64,000 nucleotides of DNA. Source: Squalus acanthias. Its lineage: Eukaryota. Location: assembly GCA_030390025.1 (NCBI GenBank), contig CM059425.1, positions 175,338,001-175,402,000 on the forward strand, in the 5' to 3' direction. Below are positions 51,132 through 64,000 of the stretch, one piece after another. The translations under genes and the position numbers were made by a program. The notes below the pieces were generated by a model, which worked only from the letters and a program-made list of their open reading frames with translations, ran no database searches and was not told the origin of the DNA. Position 1 is the stretch's first letter; the number at the start of each line of letters is the position of its first letter.

Positions 51132-52765
51132 GTTGGTATTAACAAAGGGTTCATGTATTCTATTATATCTATCTTTCCATTAACATATGGTATATTAAAC
51201 GTTATGCAGGTAGTGCACATTTCCTGTACACGTTAACTTTACTTTCTTGGTCACAATTTTTCAGTTACGTCTTTATGTAGATCAAATCTATATGGCAACA
51301 TTAGAGTCGCACCTATGTATTTTAACCTACATGTCAACACTGATTGTCACACATCTTCTTTAAGATATTCTTTCAGGTTTCCCAACACTAGGTGCAGTAC
51401 TGTGCCTCTTGGTCACCAATTCTGCCTATCATTTTGGGTTTTTTAACTTGCTCCCCTACCAGATTTTTGATGCACTTCTCTACTTGATATTTGGGGCAGC
51501 CAGGTAATTTCTGTTACATACTCAACTAAATGAATTCCAATTTGGGCCATTGCCTATGTGATTCCTCCCCCCAAACCAGTTTTCCATCCTTGGTGGTAGT
51601 AATGGTCAGGCTTCAAGCCTATCATCTCAGTCTTTGCACCCCAGCAATCACAATCTCTAACCTCTCAATCTCTTGGCGCCAATCCTTCACCACTTCCCCC
51701 CATCCCTCCTTGGCCAACAAACATCTTGCCCAATGGGTTCTCCCTTTGTGCTGCATTTCCAACCCTGAGCTAACAAATGGAAGGACAGTGAACTGGAAAG
51801 CACGGTACAGATCATGACAACTAGTGAGACCAGGAAGCACACTATTACTCTTGTAGAAGACAAGGGGGTCCAGGATGTGAAAGACAAACAAGGTAAGCGA
51901 CTGGGTGCAGTATTAACCATTTAATTGCTTTACATCATGAAGATGCTCCTTCATTACTGTATATTGGATCAGAGAAAAGCGCTGTCCAGTTGCAAATGAT
52001 GGTGGACAACCGGGCAACTAAGAAAAGGAGGCTCCATGGACATCCCCATTCTTGACCATGGAGAGAGAAAGAGAAAAGGGCATAGGCTGTTGGGGTACTT
52101 GGGTGCTAGGCGGTAGAAGGAAGAGGGAATGTGCGATGGACAGGAAGGGAAGGATATTTGAGGCAGGTGGTGGGTGAGAGATTAAAGGTGATAGGTGTGG
52201 TGGCGAGGGAAAAGATAAGGGGCAGGAAGCTGGGAGAAGGGAGTTGGAGTCTTCAGTTTCTCTTCTATCTTGTTATTGTTCAGGAAACCATTGCTGGCTC
52301 TTACTGGGAATGAGCTTTTGCAATGTTGGAGCTAGATTCTCAAAATGATTTGGGAAAGTTACTATTATTTAAATTGGAAATGTGTAAATGATAGGGCGTC
52401 TGGGGGAAACCATTTAGGGAATTCTGGCCCCAACCTTCAAAAGCTGTTTCCTGTTCAAGACCAGGAATGGGCATTTGAAATATCGTGCTGGGGCTAGAGT
52501 TGAGAAGGCTGAAAATGCAGCTGCAGGCACAGTAGAACATGGCCATGGCTGGTGAAAGTTGGGCTGAGTCTGTCTGACTGGAGAGAGCAGGGATTGAGAC
52601 AAGAGGCCAGAGGAGTGGTTACTAAAAAATTGTGACATAGGAAGTAGTGATCATGTGAATAGGAAATTCCAACGAAACATGAGTTTTAATCTACTAGTTG
52701 ATCTTCTGTAATATTGCATATGGGGAGTTATTGACAGCCATTTTAGAAGCCAAGACATAGAATTA

Positions 52766-53119
52766 CAGGAAACTCTTTATTAACCGGCACCCAAATATCC
52801 GGAAATCTCTCTTAACCGGCAAAATTCTTGAGTAGGTAACCGGGGTTTTCCTTCATCTCTCTACACTGGATCGTAGCATTATATGGGCCAAGTCTTTGCT
52901 GAATGCTCGCTGTAAGATCTGTCACAAGAAGGGAGATGCAGAAATTCTTTAATGTGACCGGGGTTCCTGCACCTGTGGCCGTGCACCAGGGACTCCTGGA
53001 TCTGTGGCCATGTACGGGGCTCCCCGTACCTTGGTAGATATAACTCTCCGTTATCCGGACTTTTTGATAAACCGGCACCACGCCGGTCCCGTCAGTGCCG
53101 GTTAATAAAGAGTTTCTTG
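52766..53119. mobile_element. Tc1/mariner (pogo/Tigger-like) MITE
   Basis: 25-bp TIR caggaaactctttattaaccggcac (24 of 25 match), TA on both sides, inserted in a CR1 tail repeat. Confidence 0.88.
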
Positions 53120-53832
53120 TACATAGAATACAGCACAGAAGCAGGCCATTGGGTCCAACCAGTCCATGCTTGTGTTTATGCTTCACTGGAGCCTCGTCCT
53201 GTCTTTCCTCATCTAACTCTTATCAGCATAACCTTCTTTTCCCTTCTTCCTCACGCTTATCTAGTCCCCACTTAAATGCATCAACCACATTCCACATTCT
53301 CACCACTCTCTGGGTAAAGAAGTTTCTTCTGAATTCCCTATTTGATTTCTTGGTGACTATCTTGTATTGATGGCCTCTAGTTTTGCTCTTCCCCACAAGT
53401 GGAAACACTCTCTCTTTGTCTACTCTATCAAAACCTTTCATAATTTTAAAGACCTCCATTAGGTCACCCCTCAGCCTTGCCTTTTTTCAGTAGAAAAGAG
53501 ACCCAGCCTATTCATCCTTTCCTGATATGTATAAACTTGCATTTCTGGTACCATCCTTGTAAATCTTTTGTGCACCTTCTCCAGTGCCTCTATACAATAT
53601 GGCAACCAGAACTGTACACAGTATTCCAAGTATGGTCTAACCAAGGTTCGATACAAGTTTAGCATAACTTCTCTATTTTTCAATTCTATCCCTCTAGAAA
53701 TAAACCCTAGTGCTTAGTTTGCTTTTTTATGGCCTCATTGATCTGCGTCACAACCTTGTGATTTATGTATTTGTACTCCCAGATCCCTTTCTTCCTTATT
53801 TTTCTTATCAAAATGTAATACCTCACACTTAC
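53120..53832 (-). mobile_element. CR1 3' fragment, same family as the 19185 copy
   Basis: ORFs 53223..53459 and 53471..53683. Confidence 0.88.
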
Positions 53833-54084
53833 CCGTTAATAGAATTAATTAGAGCATAGCTGTTTTTTCTGCAGTGCAGGCTGAGGAAATGGGAGATGGA
53901 AAATTGAGGTGCCACAGTGCCATCACTGGAAAGCGCTTGTAATTAAACAGACAACTTCGCATAGACTGTTAAAAACATGTGATATTTTGGGTAGGAAAAG
54001 ACCAAATGGTCCATCTAGCCTGTCACTGTTGTGATTCCTTAAGCTTCATGATTAAGACACCCCCTATTCACCAGGAGCCATGGA

Positions 54085-54410
54085 GTAGATATAAGCTATT
54101 TCGTCTGGTGGGGGAATCCAGAACACGGGGGCACAATCTTAAATTTAGAGCTAGTCCATTCGGGAGTGAAATCAGGAAGCACTTTTTCACAAAGGGTAGT
54201 GAATTCTGGAACTCTCTCCCCCATAAGGCTGTGGATGATAGCTCAATTGAAATTTTTAAGACTAAGGTCGACAGATTTTTACTCAGTAAGGGTATCAAGG
54301 GACATGGATCAAAGGCAGGTAAATAGAGTTGAGAGACAGATCATCTATGATCGAATAGAATGGTGGAATAGGCTCAAGGGGCTGAATGGTTGAGTCGTGC
54401 TCCTATGTAA
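54085..54410 (+). mobile_element. CR1 3' fragment
   Basis: GESRTRGHNLK..FFT motif plus 3'UTR. Confidence 0.8.
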
Positions 54411-54674
54411 TCTCCTGGGAGAAGCAAAATGTCTGATGAACACACAAGGCCAATTAGGGACAAAAAAAAATCAGGAAAATTCCTCTCTGATCCCTCTAGA
54501 TGATCAATCGAAACTAGTCCAGGAGACTGCATTGATCATGACATATTATTTGGTACCTACCACTTGTATGACGTGATCTCTGCACCAGCAAGGAACCGGT
54601 CCACCTCTTTTGAAGGTATGCAGTGAATCAACACTTGCCACACAAGCTGGCAGCTTGTTCCACAGGAATACTAT

Positions 54675-55265
54675 AACAACAACAACTTATATTTATATAG
54701 TGCCTTTAACGTAGTAAAACGTCCCAAGGCGCTTCACCGGAACATTATAAAACAAAATTTGACAGAGCCACATAAGGAGATATTAGGACAGGTGACCAAT
54801 AACTTGGTCAAAGAGGTAGGTTTTAATGAGAGCCTTAAAAGAGGAAAGGGAGGCGGAGAGGTTTAGGGAGGGCCTTGGCAGCTGAAGGCACGGCCAACAA
54901 TGGTGGAGCGATTAAAATCAGGGATGCTCGAGGCTAGAATTGGAGGAGCGCAGATATCTGAGGGTTTTGGGGCTGAAGGAGATTAGAGATAGGAAGGAGC
55001 AAGGCCATGGAAGGATTTGAAGACAAGGATGAGAATTTTAAAATCGAGGCATTGCTTAACCGGGAGCCAATGTAGGTCAGCGAGCACGGGGGTAATTGTT
55101 GAACGGGACTTGGTGCGAGTTAGGACACGGGCAGCAGAAGTTTGGATGACCTCAAGTTTATGGATGTTAGAATGTGGGAGGCCGGCTAGGAGAGCATTGG
55201 AATAGTCAAGTCTAGAGGTAACAAAGGCATGGATGAGGGTTTCAGCAGCAGATGAGCTGAGATAG
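54675..55265 (-). mobile_element. L2 LINE 3' end
   Basis: On the minus strand the tail reads gcgccttgggacgttttactacgttaaaggcactatataaat(...)gttgttg; upstream SRLDYSN-type coding remnant. Confidence 0.75.
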
Positions 55266-55627
55266 GGACCTGGGGAAAGAGGAACTGCTTAACATCTAAC
55301 CTATTTCTGCTCTTGTCAAATTTATAAGCGTGACCCCTGGTCCTCCCCAATCTATTTAATTGAAATAATTTGTCAATATGAACACAGTGTACTCTTTTCC
55401 CTTATAAATGCTAACATACCAATTTATAATGCAAAATGTTGACGGGAATGCATGTAGGTATAAGATTTTTAATATATTAGTTGATCTCCTGTGGTGTTGC
55501 ACACAGGGAGTGAAGACGAAGTATTGTCTTCAGATGATGCAGGGTTAAGGAGTGGGGTATAATTGGAGAAAGTCTAAGGGAGGTACTAGGACACTGGAGG
55601 CCAGAAGAGTGAGAAGCATGACTGGAT

Positions 55628-58600
55628 AGAACATAAGAACATAAGAAATAGGAGCAGGAGTAGGCCAATCGGCCCCTTGAGCCTGCTCCGCCATTCAATA
55701 AGATCATGGCTGATCTGATCCTAACCTCAAATCTAAAGAACACAAGAAGTAGGAGCAGGACCCGGCCACTCAGCCCCTGGGCCCGCTCCGCCACCCACAG
55801 GGCCTTGACCGATCCGAACTCAGCCTCATGTCCAATTTCCTGCCCGCTCCCCGTAACCCCTAATTCCCTTTACTTCTAGGAAACTGTCTATTTCTGTTTT
55901 AAATTTATTTAATGATGTAGCTTCCACAGCTTCCTGGGGCAGCAAATTCCACAGACCTACTACCCTCTGAGTGAAGAAGTTTCTCCTCATCTCAGTTTTG
56001 AAAGAGTAGCCCTTTATTCTAAGATTATGCCCCCTAGTTCTAGTTTCACCCATCCTTGGGAACATCCTTACCGCATACACCCGATCAAGCCCCTTCACAA
56101 TCTTATATGTTTCAATAAGATCGCCTCTCATTCTTCTGAACTCCAATGAGTAGAGTCCCAATCTACTCAACCTCTCCTCATATGTCCACCCCCTCATCCC
56201 CGGGATTAACCGAGTGAACCTTCTTTGTACTGCCTCGAGAGCAAGTATGTCTTTTCTTAAGTATGGACACCAAAACTAGCAATAAAAGCCAACATTTCGT
56301 TGGCCTTCTTGATCACCTGCTGCACCTGCATACTAACTTTTTGATTTTCTTGCACTAGGACCCCCAGATCCCTTTGTACTGCAGTACTTTCCAGTTTCTT
56401 GCCATTAAGATAATAACTTGCTCTCTGATTTTTCCTGCCAAAGTGCATAGCCTCACATTTTCCAATATTGTATTGCATCTGCCAAATCTCCGCCCACTCA
56501 CCCAGCCTGTCTATATCCCCTTGTAGGTTTTTTATGTCCTCCTCACTTTCTAGTTTCCCTCCCATCTTTGTATCATCTGCAAACTTTGATATGTTACACT
56601 CGGTCCCCTCCTCCAAATCGTTAATATAGATTGTAAAGAGTTGGGGACCCAGCACCGACCCCTGCGGAACACCACTGGCTACTGGTTGCCAGTCCAAGAA
56701 TGAACCATTTATCCCAACTCTCTGCTTCCTGTTAGATAACCAATCCTCCACCCATGCCAGAATATTACCCCCAATCCAGTGATTTTTTATCTTGAGCAAT
56801 AATCTTTTATGTGGCACCTTGTCGAATGCCTTCTGGAAGTCTAAATACACTACGTCCACTGGTTCCCCTTTATCCACCCTGTACGTTATGTCCTCAAAGA
56901 ACTCGAGCAAATTTGTCAGACATGACTTCCCCTTCATAAAGCCATGCTGACTTTGTCCTATTAAATTATGTTTATCTAAATGTTCCGTTATTGTCTCCTT
57001 AATAATAGACTCCAAAATTTTACCCACCACAGATGTTCGGCTAACTGGTCTATAATTTCCAGCCTTCTGCCTACTACCCTTTTTAAATAAGGGTGTTACA
57101 TTAGCAGTTTTCCAATCTGCCGGGACCTTTGCTGAGTCCAGGGAATTTTGGAAAATTATTACCAAAGCATCCACAATCCCTACTGCCACTTCCCTCAAGA
57201 CCCTAGGATGTAAGCCATCAGGTCCAGGGGATTTATCCGCCTTGAGTCCCATTATTTTACTGAGTACCAATTCCTTAGTGATTTTAATCGTATTTAGCTC
57301 CTCCCCCCCCCCCCCCGCCCCCCCAGAGCCCCCTGTTTGTCCAGTGTTGGGATATTCTTAGTGTCCTCTACCGTAAAGATTGAAACAAAATATTTGTTCA
57401 GCATTTTTGCCATCTCCATGTTTCCCACCATTAATTTCCCGAACCCATCCTCTAAGGGACCTACGTTTGCCTTAACCACCCTTTTTCTTTTTATATAACT
57501 ATAGAAACTCTTGCTATCTGTTTTTATATTTTTTGCTAATTTATTTTCATAATCTATCTTCCCTTTCTTAATCAATCCTTTAGTTACTTTTTGCTGTCTT
57601 TTGAAGACTTCCCAATCTTCTATCCTCCCACTAAGTTTGGCTACCTTATACGTCCTTATTTTTAGTCGGATACTATCCTTAATTTCTTTACTTAACCACG
57701 GATGGCTGTCATTTCTTTTACACCCTTTTTTCCTCAGTGGAATATATTTTTTTTGAAAGTTGTAAAATAACTCCTTAAATGAACACCACTGCTCATGTAC
57801 CGTCTTACCCTTCAATCTATTTTCCCAGTCCACTTTAATCAATTCCGCTCTCATACCATCATAGTCTCCTTTATTCAAGCTCAGTACGCTTGTTTGAGAA
57901 CCAACCTTCTCACCCTCTAATTGGATATGGAATTCAACCATGTTATGGTCACTCATTCCAAGGGGATCCTTAACTAGGACATTATTAATTAATCCTGACT
58001 CATTACACAGGACCAGGTCCAAGGTTGCTTGCCCCCTTGTAGGATCAGTTACATACTGCTCAAGAAATCCAGCCCTAATACACTCAATAAACTCTTCCTC
58101 AAGGCTGCCCTGCCCAATTTGATTTGTCCAGTTAATATGATAGTTAAAATCCCCCATAATTATAGCTGTTCCCTTATTACATGCCCCAACTATTTCCTGA
58201 TTAATACTTCTTCCAGCAGAGTTGCAACTATTAGGAGGCCTATATACTACTCCCACTAGTGTTTTTTTCCCCTTATTATTCCTTATCTCCACCCAAACTG
58301 TTTCATTATCCTGATCCTTTGACCCAATATCATTTCTCTGTATTACAGTGATTCCTTCCTTTATTAACATAGCCACCCCACCTCCCCTTCCTTCCTGCCT
58401 GTCCTTCCTGATTGGGAATTAAATATGCCAGGGTATTTAACAGTCGTTGTCACCCTGCAGCCATGTTTCTGTAATGGCCACAAGATCATACCCATACGTA
58501 GTTATTTGTGCCGTTAACTCCATTTTGTTACGAATGCTACGTGCATTCAGATAAAGAACTTTCAAATATGTTTTGTGACACTTAGTTCCTGCTTTTTCCT

Positions 58601-59178
58601 TTTTTAACACTTTACCTTTTACTCCATACCTTCTGTCCCTTCCTGACACGCTTTCCTCTGTCTTCCTGCTCAGGTGCCCAACCCCCTGCCACTTTAGTTT
58701 AAACCCTCCCCAACAGCACTAGCAAACACCCCCCCCAGGACAGCGGTCCCGGCCCTGCCCAGGTGCAGACTGTCCCGTTTGTACTTGTCCCACCTCCCCC
58801 AGAACCGGTTCCAATGTCCCAGAAATTTGAATCCCTCCCCCTTGCACCATTCCTCTAGCCACATATTCATTTGAAATATCCTCCTATTTCTACTCTGACT
58901 AGCACGTGGCACTGGTAGCAATCCTGAGATTACTACCTTTTGAGGTCCTATTTTTTAATTTACCTCCTAACTCCCTATATTCTGCTTTTAGGACCTCATC
59001 CCCTTTTTTACCTATATCGTTGGTGCCTATGTGCACCACGACAGCTGGCTGTTCGCCCTCCCCCTCCAAAATGTTCTGTAGCCGCTCCGAGACGTCCTTG
59101 ACCCTTGCACCAGGGAGGCAACACACCATCCTGGAGTCTTGGTTGCAGCCGCAGAAACGCCTATCTATTCCCCTTTAC
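55628..59178 (-). mobile_element. Long CR1 with partial ORF1, internally deleted ORF2 and a doubled 3'UTR
   Basis: ORFs 58899..59129, 58694..58921, 57294..58376, 56257..57270 and 55826..56197; deletion near 56277. Confidence 0.95.
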
Positions 59179-60446
59179 AATTGAGAGAGGGAGGGAACGG
59201 AAGAGAGAGTGGATAGGGGAGAGGGAGGAAGATAAGGACAGGGGGTGAAGGAGGGGCAGGAGAAAGAAATCACAGGGATGAAAGAAAGGGGGATATTGGG
59301 AGGGAGCGATGAGCTGGGAGAAAGGCAAGACTGGAGACTGTGGAATAGAGGTGTAAGGTGGATACAGAGAAAACGATGGAGCGGCAGGGATGGAAAATGT
59401 GGCAGAAAAAGAGAAAGATGTATCTACTCTCCAAGTAACATCGGACACCAGCTCAAACTCTTCACTTCCAAATATTTTTGCCAGCAGAATAAGAACCATT
59501 AAACGTTCTTATTAAAAATACTCAGAAATTTGAAGTTGGGCTGTGGACCAGCAATGGGGTGAAAAACTTTGGCTGTCTGAGCAATGGACAAAACCAGTAG
59601 GATGAGGCCTATAACGATAAAGATGAGGGAAGGGAAAAGGTAACCAGCGTAATCGAGAGTGGACCACAGAATAGGCGAATGGAAGGGATCAAGTCAGAAA
59701 ACTGAACTAATTCTCTTGAATTCACATACAGTTAACCATAGTCCCATTTTTTGGGGGTAAATTTGGATATTGTGCCTCCTATACCCAAGTCCAGATCTAT
59801 CCATATATGACATAATAGTCCCAATATTGGTCCTAGGGGTCATTGCTGTTTACATCCTTCCAGTCCAAAAAATATTCCATTAACTACAAATCGCTGTTTT
59901 TTGTCTTTTAACCAACTTCCTATCCATGCTGCCATATTCTGCTTAGCACCATGTGTCTTAATTTTATCAATAAGCCACTTATGGGCCACTTCATCAAAAA
60001 CCCATAAGTGACTTTACAAATCCATATACACAACACCCACTGGTTTTTCTTTGTCAGTGCATTTTATTATTTCTTGGGGATAAGACCATCTTGCGGTCTA
60101 ATTTTGTCCTCGAGGCCAGTAATATATGTGTATGAAAAGGAAAATCAAATGGCAGGTCAAGAACAACAACTTGCATTTATATAGCACATTGAAATGTTTT
60201 ACTACATTAAAGGCGCTATATAAATGCAAGTTCTTGAGACTACCTCAATTTTTAGCATTCATAACTTGCTTCCTGCAGCTTTGTTAAAACTTCAAATTTA
60301 ATTTTTTTATTATCATTTGGAGAAACCTCCAGTTCCGTCTATTACTGAATTTATGAAACTGAGAATGAGGTTTCAGTGATTCTGCACGTCATTGCTGCTT
60401 TGTCTATATTGTCATTAAAAAGGTAAAAGTCATCTCTTCTGAACAG

Positions 60447-60630
60447 GTGATCAAAATGGTGAGGAAAACATAACAATGATGTTAAAGAAAGCACATGACT
60501 GCAGAAAGACGGCAGAGAATGCTGCAAAAGCACTACTAATGAAACTTGATGGTAGCTGTGGTGGAGCGTGTACTGTAACAGGATGTAGTATACAGCCATG
60601 GGAAAGTCTTTCTTCTCACAGCCACACCAG
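60447..60630 (+). CDS. MCC: MCC exon H (184 nt); gene continues beyond the window
   Basis: Acceptor aacAG; encodes (G)DQNGEENITMMLKKAHDCRKTAENAAKALLMKLDGSCGGACTVTGCSIQPWESLSSHSHT(S); donor GTgagt. Confidence 0.95.
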
Positions 60631-61236
60631 GTGAGTAATATGATTTCAGAATTTTGCTCTGCAGCCAGATTGTTTAGCATCGGGATTCTTATTAGTTCAA
60701 CTTTGCTATTCCCTTTAAAAAAAAAAAATCACTAAGATTATTTTCTCACACTCTATCTTAAAACACAGCCAGTGAAGAACCAACACAGAAGTAACCAAAC
60801 AAATCAGTGAAATGTCTTCAAGTCTTTTCATTGACTGTTGATTCCCTCCATTCCATTACCTATCCCCAAAATTAAAATTGAATGTCATAAGTACTATAAC
60901 AATTACATAATTTTGGGGGACAACACTAAACTTACCTGTAAAGAAGCTATTCTATGTTAATGGATCCAAGACGTTTTCCCTGCACGGACCTGTTCTTTTT
61001 TCTGGGCTGCAATTTGAATTCTACTTTGTTCCCAGTGTTTGGAACATTTAATTGAGTCTTTTTTAAAGAGTCCTTGCTCCTGTTAACCAATTCTATATTC
61101 AAGAAAGACATACATCCATAGGAGTTGTAGTTAAGAGTTTTCCTGAGGAACTACAATTGCCAGAGTGCACTGTGACAACCTGCACCCCATGACTATGGCC
61201 TGGACTTTGTGGTAATAATAACGGCGAGGCTATCAG

Positions 61237-61368
61237 CAGTGTTCCCTCTAATTTTGTTTGGCCCTGTGTGGCCTCTTTAAGGGGCTGCGTGGGCCATTCA
61301 AAATACCGCGCATGCGTGTGTTTGTATTGAAAAGCCGGCTGTGTGGGTTCCCTGGACGGAAAACATTG
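61237..61368. mobile_element. hAT-type MITE (132 bp)
   Basis: 8-bp TSD gctatcag at 61229 and 61369; termini cagtgttcc / aaaacattg. Confidence 0.8.
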
Positions 61369-61509
61369 GCTATCAGCACTCACCATTATTATGTCCGCAT
61401 GTGTGCAGTTAAACATGGAAATCAGGAAGTTGCTGTCCGATTTGCCCTGCTCCTCCACAAGCTTCGATACACCAGTACCTCATCGAGAGATTCGGCATTC
61501 AAACACATG

Positions 61510-61806
61510 GGGCCTGAATTTTCGATCGGAGGCTTCCTGCGGGCAGATGCCTTCAATCGGAAAAAATCTACGCACTTACCTGCTGGCTCCGTAGGTCCCG
61601 AAACTTGCAATCCTGGGCCTCTGCTCTACGAAATGCGCAGAGGCCCAGGTATCCCAGGGACGCATGCGGTTCGCAATATTCTTGACAGATCGCAAGTGCC
61701 GGGTTTTAGTGCATGCACTTTGCATGCCTAAACCCGGCACTTGCGCGGCTCCTATGGGTGCGTACCCACCTCGTTACGCACCCATAGGGGTCGCAAAATC
61801 TGGCCC
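61510..61806. mobile_element. Harbinger-like MITE, internally deleted relative of 32819..33534
   Basis: TIRs gggcctgaattttcga / tcgcaaaatctggccc; shared atcggaggcttcctgcg and aaaaaatctacgc. Confidence 0.75.
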
Positions 61807-62749
61807 GTGAAATTGCGGTACTTATCCACTAGATACCCACTAAACACGCCAGAAAGAATTGGGGGTTGTCTATTCAAGTGTAAGTTAAATTTTAACAGCG
61901 TGCAAGTCTTTATTGCTGCAAAACAACCTCTCTGGCACTGAAAATTTACTTTTACAGGTGCAGAGTCTCATTCCTTCAGATTATTATTTTTTTAAACTTT
62001 TTCTTTGTATCTTTTATCTCTCTCTCAATCCCATCTTTCTTTCTCTCTCTTTATTTCGCTTTCTGTACATGATTTTACATTGAATTAAATGTTCTAACTT
62101 ACACTTCCTGGTTTAGACTTTGCATGTCTCAGTAAGGATTCTTCAATCTGATTGGTTGAAGAGACGCACTGTTGCTTGCCCTGTTTAGACAGGTCCCAGA
62201 TCCCCTGTAGAGCCCGCTGAAATGGATCTCTAATTACTGTAAGTTGCCACACAAAAGCCCACAAAGTCTGTGGGCAGCCATAAACGTAATGAATGGCAAC
62301 GCTGATGGTTCACCGCTGACTGTGAAATTTATGAACAACTGAGGCACGTGTTGTTTTCAGTTATAAGATGGTTTAATACAAATTCTGTTGTTTGTGATGA
62401 GATTTCATGTGTCACTGAGGAGGGAAGATGCTTTTGCTAGGGCTAAAGTGTTTGTGCTTTCGGGTTCTAGTAAAGGCTGACTTCATTTTGGACATAGTTC
62501 TTTAGGACCACGCTGAGGAAGACAAAGGATGCTTTGATCCTTCTCGCCTTTCTTCAATGGCAGAAATACAGGTTAATTTTGGGGCATACAGTTCTTCTTC
62601 GTGGTTTAGAATTCCTAATGTGATTTAGGACCAAATTATGAGGTGGATTTGTTATTAAAAGAAGGGGGGAAGGCTTTGACCGACACTGATCTGTCATTGG
62701 AAGGGATAGTCAGCCTCCCAGCAAACACATCTCTTTACCAAAGCTTCTC

Positions 62750-63190
62750 AACACTTTGTCCTGGATGGTATCGAGCTTCTTGAGTGTTGTTGGAGCTGTA
62801 CCCATCCAGGCAAGTGAAGCGTATTCCATCACACTCCTGACTTGTGCCTTGTAGGTGGTGGAGTGGCCTTGGGGAGTCAGGAGGTTAGCCACTCACCACA
62901 GAATACCCAGCCTTTGACCTGCTCTAGTAGCCACGGCATTTATATGGTCCAGTTGAGTTTCTGGGCGTCATTGGTGACCCCCCCCCCCCAAGATATTGAT
63001 GGTGGGGGATTCAGCAATGGTAATGCCATTGAATGTTAAGGGCAGGTAGTTAGACTCTTTCTTGTTGGAGATGGGCATTGCCTGGCACTTGTGTAGTGCA
63101 AATGTTATTTGCTACTTATCAGCCTCAGCTTGGATGTTGTCCAGGACTTGCTGCATGCAGGCATGGACTGCTTCATTATCTGAGGAACTG
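62750..63190 (-). mobile_element. Fragment of the LINE family at 47885..50680
   Basis: YKAQVRSVMEYASLAWMGTAPTTLKKLDTIQDK. Confidence 0.85.
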
Positions 63191-63191
63191 T

Positions 63192-64000
63192 GAGCTATAG
63201 GAGGCCTTCAAGGAGTTGATAGTTCAGGTACCATCTGGATATATTCCTATGAAGGGGAAAGGAAGGGCATCCAAAGCTAGAGCTCCCTGGATGACTGAAG
63301 AAATTGGCATTAAAATGAAACAGAAAAAGGAGACTTATGATAAATGTTAGGTTCGTAATACAGTAGAGAATCAAGCAGAATACAGCAAGTGCAGAGGAGA
63401 ACTGAAAAAGGAAATATGGGCAAAGAGAATTTATGAGAAGATTAGCGGGTAACATAAAAGGGACTACTAAAGTATTTTATAAACATATAAAGAGTAAACG
63501 GATAGTCAAAGGAAGGGTGGGGATGGTTAGGGACCAAAAAACAAATCTTCCTGTGGAGACAGAGGGCATGGCTGAGGTACTAAATGAGTACTTTGTGACG
63601 TAAGAAAACTACTAGGCACTTGGTCTAAGCGTTAAACAAAGCTTTAATCAACTGTTTTTCAACATGGAGATCTATTTGTGTCCTTCACTAGTTCCTGTTG
63701 AGGAATGTCCTAAGCAAGCTGGGCCCATGCCCGAGTATTTATACTCTCCCTGGACAGCGCTACCAGCAGGTCGCCCAGTATTACGTCATACATGAATGAC
63801 AAGATTCATGTCACTTTGCATCTGCCTTTACTAAAGGAAAGGATGCTGCAAATGTTGCAGTAAAGGAAGAGGCGGTGGAGAAAATGGATAGAATAGATAA
63901 AGAGGAGGTACTTAAATAGCTGTCAGCACTCAAAGTAGAAAAGTCACCAAGTCCAGATTGGATGCATCCAAGGTTGCTGAGGGAAGCAAGATGGAAATAG
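63192..64000 (+). mobile_element. Decayed CR1 ORF2 fragment interrupted by a solo LTR
   Basis: MAEVLNEYF|ASAFTKGK continues across the insertion; KSPSPD..HPRLLRE near the end. Confidence 0.8.
63596..63813 (-). mobile_element. Solo LTR (218 bp)
   Basis: TGAC...GTCA termini, 5-bp TSD ctttg, minus-strand TATAAATA (63736..63743) then ATTAAA (63643..63648). Confidence 0.8.

Larger units (their letters stand above)
61197..62330. mobile_element. Older reverse-oriented copy of the 9211..11386 TIR family, hosting two MITEs
   Basis: Shared blocks such as gcagttaaac..gaaatc.ggaagttg, ccctgctcctccaca and aatctgattggttgaagag. Confidence 0.7.

Overview
Vertebrate genomic DNA. The repeat repertoire suggests a cartilaginous fish such as a shark (inference). 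The window holds eight internal coding exons (1,183 nt, + strand) of MCC (colorectal mutant cancer protein); the gene begins before and ends after the window. One 18.7-kb intron uses a GC donor. The introns are densely filled with transposable elements: at least 18 CR1 LINE copies (long ones mostly antisense to MCC, one with a near-intact 930-aa ORF2), L2 and RTE remnants, a tRNA-headed LINE with its deletion-derived SINE, Deu-type SINEs, nested Harbinger/hAT/Tc1-mariner MITEs, a solo LTR and minisatellites. The most notable signals are Penelope-like elements with minimal hammerhead ribozyme motifs, including a perfect 180-bp palindrome encoding one motif on each strand. I see no evidence of a novel protein-coding system; most ORFs in the track are TE fragments or spurious. 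All calls were made by eye, and repeat boundaries are approximate unless a TSD or TIR is quoted.
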